A DNA stretch of 64,000 nucleotides from the human T2T-CHM13v2.0 reference genome, Homo sapiens. A model generated the notes under the pieces. That model saw nothing but the letters and a program-made list of their open reading frames with translations, searched no databases and was not told where the DNA came from. This document shows, piece after piece, positions 55,583 through 64,000 of the stretch (position 1 is its first letter; every line of letters begins with the position of its first letter). A program made the translations under genes and the position numbers. The DNA lies in the NCBI RefSeq assembly GCF_009914755.1, contig NC_060930.1, one strand, 5' to 3'.

Positions 55583-56554
55583 AGAAGTTTGGAGACAACT
55601 GGTGTAAAGAGACTGAAAGGTGAAAGAAAATGCTCGTCCATTCCTAGCTGCTATTTTCAGTAATCATTGTCAGGGCTTCTATCTGGTGGTTGGTAAGTAG
55701 TATCAAAATATAGTTACCAGCTTGACTGCCTTATGGGAAGTGGCAGAAAATGAGGTGGTTTTTGAGGGGAAGTAAATGTAAAAATCACATCAAGGAAGAA
55801 GAGGTGGGAGCTGTGGCAAGCATTTAGCCTCTTCTTGAAGATAAACGGAAGATTTAGAATCAAGGACAAATTTCCCTTTTAAAAAGCCAGTAAATGCATG
55901 ACCCATTTACAAGACTAGAGCAATAAATATACCTAAGAAAAGTACCTAGGGAAGATTTTAAGGGGGGAAAGTGTATCCTTTCCTATAAAAATTGTGTCTT
56001 ATTTTTTAAAGGGAGGGCAGTGCAGAGAGATGGTGGAAAGAAGAAAAGAGAGGGAGGACCGAACAAAGGGAGGGAGAGAAGGCGGTAAGGGAGGAAATCA
56101 GCAATGTCTCCCACCATTAGCTGCCAGCTCACTACCCAAAATGTTTAATTCTCTTCTCCCTTTGCTGCTTTTTTTCCTTGAAACTTTGCATTTATAGAAT
56201 CAAAGGTCACAAGAACAATCCCACTGCAGTTCTTCGCCAGTATGGTCGTCCACTGTGGTAGTTCAACCAAACACCATAGTGCCAGTCACCATAGGCCCTC
56301 CAAGAATCCTGCTCTTATAAACCCGCTTTCACCTAGTTAGCTCCTGTGGACCAATACGGAATGTCCTAATTGAATTGTTTCTCCAAGGGCCGTCTTACCA
56401 TGGCCTGAACGCTTACACACACAACTACTTTTACCCATATTTACAGTGTGCACTGTGCCATAAGTAGTGTAAGTTGGTACATGTTATTACCAAAATGTTT
56501 GTATAATTTTTAAATGTCTTAGTTAAATTATTAAGAATTACAGTCTAGGCTATA

Positions 56555-56705
56555 AACAATATCTACCATTTACTGAGCCCTTGTTTTCAGCCAAACACTC
56601 TTCATATATGATTTTCATACATTATGTCATTTCATCCTCACAATAATCGTGTGTGGTAGGTTCGATTACTATTCCCATTTTACAGAGAGAAAACCAAGGC
56701 TGAGT
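56555..56705 (-). mobile_element. MIR
   Basis: CATTTACTGAGC...TCATTTCATCCTCACAATAA...ATTCCCATTTTACAGAGAGAAAACCAAGGCT. Confidence 0.75.
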
Positions 56706-58559
56706 TCTCTTACGGCAGAAACTTTCAAAACAAAGTGCCAAACACTGCCCATAAGCTGAACAAAAGTGTTTGACCACTAAAACTGAAAAAAAGGCAGAAT
56801 TTCCAATGCATAGAAAAACAGACTACTGAATGTAGTTTTAACCATTTAAATTTGTCTCCCATATATTTTTCTTAAACATTTGGTACTTGTACCACTTATC
56901 TGCTCTTAAGGAAGGGTTGATAAAGAAGCAAACAAACATGTACTAAGCAATTATTTAAAAAAAAGAACCAATCATGTCACCCTTGATAACCTGATTTTGG
57001 GGGAGGATTTCATGCTTGTGATTCTATATTGCACTTATATGGTACAGTCATACCTTCTGCTGGTAAAGTTGTCCCTGACTCACGTGATGTTACTGAACGT
57101 GTCTCTGTGTAAGGGGTTTATACTGGAAAGAACATCAAGACTTCTAGTTATACTACCATCTAAACAAGTTTGTGAACAACTGGCCTAGCTCTCTCTAAAC
57201 ATGATTTTACTTATATCATTTCAATAATACACTTTTCAGAAACACACTTATTATGTAAGATGGTATGTGAAAGAAATGCCATCTTCTCTCACTGTGAGTT
57301 GAAATTGTTGTTCTCGTAGTTCTTTCCCTGTTCCAAAGCAATAGTGACACCACCCAGGAGGGCCACATCTCTGAAAGCCATGAGCAGAACTCTCTGGGAG
57401 AACTCGCACCCTGGGCTCCTGGATGTCATCACCTCTGCTCTGCAGAAGAACAAGGGACATGGCTCCCCAAAGGAGGAGAAAGTGAATGGGAACACCCCGG
57501 AGAGGATGCTGGAAACAGAAAGTTAGTTGTGCTGTTGGTGGAGCGAATGGAATGTAAAGAGGCTCCAGGGATGACTAAGTCTAGATTCTAGTTGGAAGTT
57601 AAGAAACTGAGCTTCACTTCTGGATAGAGTCAGCTTTCACCATCAATTACATGTCAAGCTCAGTAGCCAGTTCAAGGAAACAGCTCAGGAGGGAGGAGTG
57701 GGCCTGAGCGAAAGGAGGCAGGAACCTCCTGAGTAAGGTCAAAGGAGTTGGCAGCAGAGAAGTCCGGGGCTGCACAGAGCCCAAAGGCAGCCTCCAGGAG
57801 CTGGGAGATAAGCAGTACTCCCCACACGGTGGAAGTGCAGCCCCCACAAGCCCCATCCACTCACTCAGCCTTGGTGCCACCAATAGCCTGGTCCTGGGGC
57901 AGTCTCCCCAGGTGGATGGAGACAGCTTGTCTCTTGGAGCCACAGCGCTGACCACTTCCATTCTCGTTGGGCCCTTTGTGTGTGTCAGACTCTACCCTCC
58001 CCTCCCATCAGGGCTGATTACAAATCTGTCATCATCCTTTCCATTCTATGCATCCCAGACAACATGCCCACAAGGATACTGGGTGGCTGGGATGGGCATT
58101 AGGATGCCTTGACTTAATGAAGCCCACAGAACCACATTCCACTTCACATCCAAGAACACCTGCCAAAGCAACCTATCTACAAACAGAAATTGACACAGAA
58201 CAAATGGAGCACAGGGGGCTGAAGGGATGCTAAGCACAAAAGTGGGTCAGATGCAAGTTAGATCAAAAAGAGGAAGGAAGCTTTCCTGGGGAACCTCAGC
58301 TCGAACTGGCAGAAGACCATGGATGAGTGTTTGGGGCACCATTCTGGAAGAGAAAGGAAGAGACAGAGGCTGACCCACTCCCAGGCTTCCCTGATCAGGC
58401 AGGAGGGCCCTCCCAGGTTGTAAGTAAACTGTATTAAACTATGCTGGAGAAAATATCCGTATACGTCTTTAAAGTGTTCCATGCATATATGCCAATGCCA
58501 TCATTATTGCACTACTGTTGTAGTGGTGATGACTGATGGAATTCCTCACTTTAAATAAG

Positions 58560-58760
58560 AATGGCTCACTCATACTGAACAGTTGCCATGGCCACGCACC
58601 CTGATAAGTGTAATTTCATTTAATTCACCCATCTGCCCAATGAGGTAGGCACTACTGCCTCTCTTTTATAGGTAAAGAAGTTGATTCTAAGAGAGGTAAA
58701 TAACTTGCCCTCGCTCAGAATGAGCAGCGAATGATCTGAGCCATTCAGCATAGCCAAGCA
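58560..58760 (-). mobile_element. MIR
   Basis: TCATTTAATTCACC...TGAGGTAGGCACT...TTTTATAGGTAAAGAAG...GAGGTAAATAACTTGCCC. Confidence 0.65.
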
Positions 58761-58963
58761 GTCCTAGGTAACGCCATGGCCTGGAGGGACAGCCCTGCTT
58801 TACAGCACAGCAAAACCAGTAAATGTAAAGATGCCCCCTAATCCCTGAGATAAGGCTACATCATGTGTGTGGAAGCCATTCGAGAAGGCAAGAGTTTAAA
58901 ACATTTTAGGAAAATCGCCATTCAGAATGATGAAAACAAACTAAAGTTTGACGCTCAAAGAAG

Positions 58964-58971
58964 TGACGTCA
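58964..58971. promoter_or_regulatory. Full palindromic CRE motif TGACGTCA
   Basis: Exact motif with intact CpG in non-repeat DNA; function unverified. Confidence 0.4.
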
Positions 58972-59242
58972 GTGGGCTGGAAAATGTAGTTATGTGGAAC
59001 ACTAACCCCGGATGAGGCTGGATGAATGAAGTGTTACCTTATTAGTAATAGTAATAAGAGAGCAGCACAATGGAGATGAGCAACATTAGTCAAACTGCAA
59101 TGGCTGGACAAATTGGAAGGGAGAACCTGAGAAACGTAGAAGTCATTTGTCTCTGGAACAGCTTCACAGAGACGTGGAGGACCCAGGCTACCCCAGCCAC
59201 TTCCTACCACAGTCACTGACTGCTCAGAATGTGACGCTGGAA

Positions 59243-59380
59243 GCCAGGTGCACACCTGTAGTCCCAGCTATTCAAGAGGCGAGGTGGGAGGATCGCTGGA
59301 GCCCAAGAGTTCGAGGCCAACCCTTAGACAACATAGCGAGACCCCTGTCTGTTAAACAAAAAAAAAAAAAAAAAAAAAAA
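59243..59380 (+). mobile_element. FLAM-type Alu monomer
   Basis: CCTGTAGTCCCAGCTA...GGATCGCTGGAGCCCAAGAGTTCGAGGCC...CAACATAGCGAGACCCC plus A tail. Confidence 0.85.
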
Positions 59381-61671
59381 GGAATGATAAAAAGACCAGA
59401 GTGGGGGGTTTTTCCAGGTAATATATTTATTTCTTGCAGCAAACGCTTGGCTCTTCTCCTCTAATTTTGAAACCCCTGACTCTGGGTTCCTCTGTACTTT
59501 GGCACTGCCAGCATTAGAAAATATATATGTGCTGCAGCCTTTGTGCACAGTACAAGGCTACAGTAAAAGCAAACTGATTCTCCTTGTCTGGTATATTTAT
59601 GCTGTGCAGCAGAAAACCAATAAGTGCATGACCTTGTTCCACACACAAATATGTTCTTTTAACAGGCTTCTCCTTTAAGGCAGCAAGTCTGCACTGGCTG
59701 GGAGAACAGAATGACTTTTCCTTTTAAGAAACGTGTACGATGGTACATTTTTTTTTTCAGCCATTTTTTTTGTCTTTTATTTTCTCGGTTTCACAAAATA
59801 TACTCATAAGAGCATATCCCTTTTTTTCACATGATGACGTTAGCAGAACCATCGAACAGAAGGGCTTCCCTCCCAGGGCTGCTGGTTTGGTTTTATCGGG
59901 TGCTGGAAGTAGACCCCCGCGACAGAGATTCACACCAATTCAGATTCTTATCAGTTACATTAGAGGCACCATATTTCTGGCTGTATTCCTATCTGACCTC
60001 TTGACTGTGTTAGTCACATGGATATATGGATGGACAGAAAGACAAATAATGAGACTCTACAGGTCAATAACTGCTTTCAAACCACTACTATAATTAAGAA
60101 AGCACTGGTTTGATTTTTCTGCTCCTACATAACTCTTGTTTGGGGCTGAGCAAAGTTGAAACTGATTTATGCCACAGCACTCCATGAATAAAGCTTTGGA
60201 AGTAGAAAAGTGTAGCCACACATGTTGTGTTTAATTTACATGTGTATTAATAAGCACTTTGCTCCATGCAAGAGCCCCTGTGTGCTACACAGGATCGAGT
60301 GTACCATCAACAGTCTGTGGTCGACAATCACCAGAAACCTGCTCTGTGCCAAGCACTGTGCTGGGTGCTGCACATTCAAAGACAAGCAGAAAAAGAAAAA
60401 GGAGAAGAAACAAAAAAAAGAACCTGCAACTGATGGGGCAGTGCCACACGATCCAGATTCGTGAACACCGTTTGTGAAAATTGCTTCAACATCGTTCTGT
60501 GTTTCAAACGGAAAACCACCCCTTCCTCCCTCCACCCATGAATCAGTCAAGAACAAAAGGAAATGATTCTGAATTTTTCCTTTCTTTCCAAGCACCTTGG
60601 GAAGAGCCAGGCATAGAGCCAAAAAGAAGAGGGGTTTTACTAAGGAAAAACACCACCCTGTTTGGCTTTGATGGGAAAAAAAAAAAAAAGAAAGAAAGGA
60701 AAGAAAGGAGCAACTGCATCGTGTATAGAGGCTTGAATGATGTGTATGAGAAGAGTGTTTTTATGGATAACAGCCATGGGCAAAACAGCAGATCTAATCA
60801 AAAGCACTACACACATGGATGTTCCCGGCCTCTGGGAGAAGGGAACTCTTACGAGGCTGAGTTTCTCCATTTTTCTTCTTCAACTCGACACAGAGAGTAG
60901 ACAGCCTTACTGTGCATAAAATATTCCTCACAGCCTTCCTGTCCTCCATAAGAAAAAAAAAAAAAAAGACTCCATCACTGAGACAAGCCATTAATTCCAA
61001 ACTAATAAACTACTCTTCCCTCCATCACACAGGTGAGTTGTGGTGTGACTATCCATGCGGTTCCACACATGTGAGCGGCCAGAAATCGCCACAGCTACCC
61101 GCCTCTCCCTTCTTCAGAGCCCAGGAACCCAGTCCTGGCTAGGGGAAACAAGGAAGCTAAGAGGAATACTCCCCCTTCTTCTCTCCACTCTCCTCCTCCC
61201 CGTGCCCCTCCTGCTCCCCTGTTGGAGAGGCTGACTCTCTGTGAAAGGCCCCCGTAGGGACCAGCAGTGATGGGAGGCAGCAGCTGCTGTCACCCTCCAT
61301 AGGGGACCATGTTCTCCCAGCTCAGGGGTCTTCACTGAGGTCACCTGCTCAGGTTCCTGTTCTCCCCATCATGGGCCCAGGACGCAGGGCTGCTACGTTT
61401 TGGAAAATCTGAACAGTGAACAACAGCCTGAGCAGACAGAAGCTGGGAGGAAGTGACCACAGGAGCCAGGGCCTGGGAGGAGGAGAGAGGCACTCCTAGC
61501 ATGTGCTGGGAAACAGCACGCCAGACACCAAGGCCAGACAAGACAGTGGGGCACCGAGAACCGGTATTACAGTCTTATCCAGAAGAATTCTGGGTATTGG
61601 AAGGCCAGATAAAACATACCAAATCCACCAGGAAGCTTCTTGACTAGACTTCAAATGGGTGCATTTTGTGC

Positions 61672-61964
61672 TTTTTTTGTTTTTATTTTGTTTTGAGACA
61701 GAGTCCTGCTCTGTCGCCCAGGCTGGAGTGCAATGGTGCGAACTTCGGCTCCACCTCAGGTTCAAGCAATTCTCCTGCCTCAGCCTCCCGAGTTGCTGGG
61801 ATTACAAGTGCCCGCCACCACTTCTGGCTATTTTTTGAATTTTTAGTAGACACTGGGTTTCAGCATGTTGGCCAGGCTGGTCTTGAACTCCTGACCTCAG
61901 GTGATCCGTCTGCCTCGGCCTCCCAAAGTGCTGGGATTACAGGCATGAGCTGCCGCGCCTGGCT
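61672..61964 (-). mobile_element. AluS
   Basis: Near-full Alu; TSD-like AAAT(GGG/TGT)TGCATTTTG. Confidence 0.93.
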
Positions 61965-62154
61965 GAAATTGTTGCATTTTGAAACCAGATCCACATTCCA
62001 CTATTTTCTAAATCACTCTTGACCATCCCCAAATAATCTGACCACGACGGTTGATAGAAAGCTGGGGTCCTGGCTGCATACCAGGCACCTCGCCCGGTGT
62101 TTACTGGGATCTCATTCATGGCTCAGGCGGGCTCTGGCCTACTTGTGGTTGCTC

Positions 62155-62290
62155 CCTCACTTAGAGAGGAAGAGGCAGAGACTCAGGGTAAAAACCCACC
62201 CAGGTTTGCCCAGCCAGCATGGACCAGAGCTGGGATCTGCACCCAGCTGATTTGATTCCCGTCTCCACATCCTAACATGCTCATGCCATA
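62155..62290 (-). mobile_element. MIR fragment
   Basis: AGAGGAAGAGGCAGAGACTCAGGG...CAGAGCTGGGATCTGCACCCAG. Confidence 0.5.
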
Positions 62291-62373
62291 CTTTTAGAAA
62301 CAGCCAGAAAAATATGTTTTTGTAATGTGACAACATAGCTAGGTTAAACTACAAGTCTGAGAATTTCCTTACT

Positions 62374-63290
62374 TGTGTGGTTCTGGCTTAGGTCTGGCCA
62401 CCGGAGAAATAGATGTGAGATATATGAGGCAGGATCAAACCTGCAGGCTACCACTCAGAGGTCCCACACTAGTGCAATCTGCTGGCTCAGGGGCTGGCCT
62501 GGGGCCTCCTCCTCCTGCTGGACCTCCCCCTCCAGCTTCTCCGTGTCCTGAGTCAAGCACCGCACAGCTCCACAGCAAAGGACGCCGGCTACTTCAGGTC
62601 ACCCATGTCATCCAGGTTGCAGGTGGTGAGAGACAGACACAACTGACCATTTGTCCTTGTGGGTTTAGTTTGTCTTCACAGTTTCCAGTTCGTCCTCAAT
62701 TTCCTGTGCTTCATTCATGTCTTGCTTTTCTTAATTTCTGGTCCTGCTGACTTAGAATAGACCCCCTGCTATCGAACACAGAGGCTACAGCCTTCCAAGA
62801 TGTCTTCATCAGCTTCCATGATTGCATACAGCCCAATTGCCGTAAGAGATGATCCCAAATGCACATCACTCACGGTGGTTCTGCTTCTCTGATGCACGTG
62901 TTGGGGCTGGCAGTGGTTTCTGGGAAACAGAACTTTAAAGATCAATTCTTAGACTTGGAACTGGCTTATCTAGAATTGGTTCACTGATCTGATTAGATGT
63001 AAAGGTACTAATCGCCCTGTGACGATAGCCAAGGGACATTGGTAGCCTGTGACACGCAAGGGCAAAATATTCACTAAATTGTAATTTGTAATCAAGTGTC
63101 TGAAAGACAAGGCTTTAGGGGACCAAGTAGTTGCTGCTATAATGCTTTTGGTGAAAATAAGGACTCTAATGGAGTTGGTTGCTTTTAAGAGCAGTGCAGA
63201 ACTTAGCAAAAGAAAATGAAGAGATTGGGGCTTCTAATCCTCAGCTCAAAGTCTGGGGAAAGAACAACACGAAGTTTCCAGGCCTTCCCT
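62374..63290 (+). mobile_element. Old ERVL LTR (LTR41-like, to ~62895) followed by ERVL internal 5' region
   Basis: ATCACTCACGGTGGTTCTGCTTCTCTGAT LTR end; then GGAAACAGAACTTTAAAGAT and TTGGTTGCTTTTAAG...AAAGAAAATGA...CAGCTCAA, resembling the ERVL leader/gag start. Confidence 0.55.
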
Positions 63291-64000
63291 AAAGGATCTC
63301 TTGTCTTCTGTAGCCAAAATCTCTGAAAAACAATCCTAAATTCAATCCTAAGGACTGCTGAATGACAAAGCGCATTGAATTCACAACCTTTCAAAAATCT
63401 TATATGTTAAAACCAGGGCATGGATTGGGCCCCTGAAAATGTGAGATCATTTCTGCCAAGCCTTTTTTGTCAGTGGAAATAGTGCTTCTTCCTCATCCAA
63501 GCTTCCTTTTTCTGAGGTCTTCCTGTGCCTGAGAAACTTGTCATGGTCTCCACTGAGGTCGCTACCTTGCAGGGGACCAATTCTCCTCTGACCTTACCCA
63601 ACTGCCTCCCATTGCTTCTAGACCTCCGACCGGGCTCAAGTCCTGGCAGGCCTCAGGAGTAAGGTCACAAAGAGTAACCCACGGGGAGACACCGTACACA
63701 CCAGAAGGACCAAAAGACCGTGAACTTTATCCACAGTATCCTGGAAAACATGTTTGGGAATGAATCCCCATGATGTTAGATCCAGGTGGAAGGAATATTC
63801 CAGATTAAGCCAAATTTGTTGACACATGTATGCCGAGCAGAGACCCTGGATTCAGCGTGTTAATGTGAGCAGTTGAGACTGGCTCTAAACGTCTGTACAG
63901 GCCACTTCCTGAAACACAGGAACAAAAGTGGCCTTTACTGACTGACGTTGAAAGGCTGGCACTTCCTCAGCAAACTTTAAAAGACAAGATCCAGAGGCTT

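Overview
Primate, almost certainly human, genomic DNA: an AluYa5 with all five diagnostic positions lies at 1070-1383. The window is non-coding (intergenic or intronic), and by eye roughly half or more is transposable-element derived. It holds a full-length L1PA4-type LINE-1 (16982-23120, both ORFs dead), a complete THE1D-type provirus (25211-27552), three solo THE1 LTRs, several MLT1/MLT2/ERVL LTRs, about 20 Alu copies or monomers, Tigger/MER DNA transposons, MIR/L2 and old L1M fragments, and microsatellites. I recognise no cellular protein-coding gene, RNA gene or CRISPR array, and I cannot support a novel multi-gene system. The best-supported unusual structures are: (1) an ~87-bp 3' transduction carried by the L1, with its own AATAAA and enclosed by the L1's TSD; (2) a 72-bp inverted templated insertion flanked by a 37-bp direct duplication (55434-55582, donor 56351-56422); (3) an 89-bp direct templated copy inside a CT-rich tract (12140-12228, donor 12802-12890); (4) a small CpG-island-like promoter at ~43.0-43.6 kb with a plausible splice donor, acceptor and polyA signal, a candidate lncRNA; (5) candidate enhancers at ~11, ~35.5 and ~59 kb. 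Repeat subfamily names come from recalled consensus motifs, not a RepeatMasker run. Boundaries of old elements are approximate.
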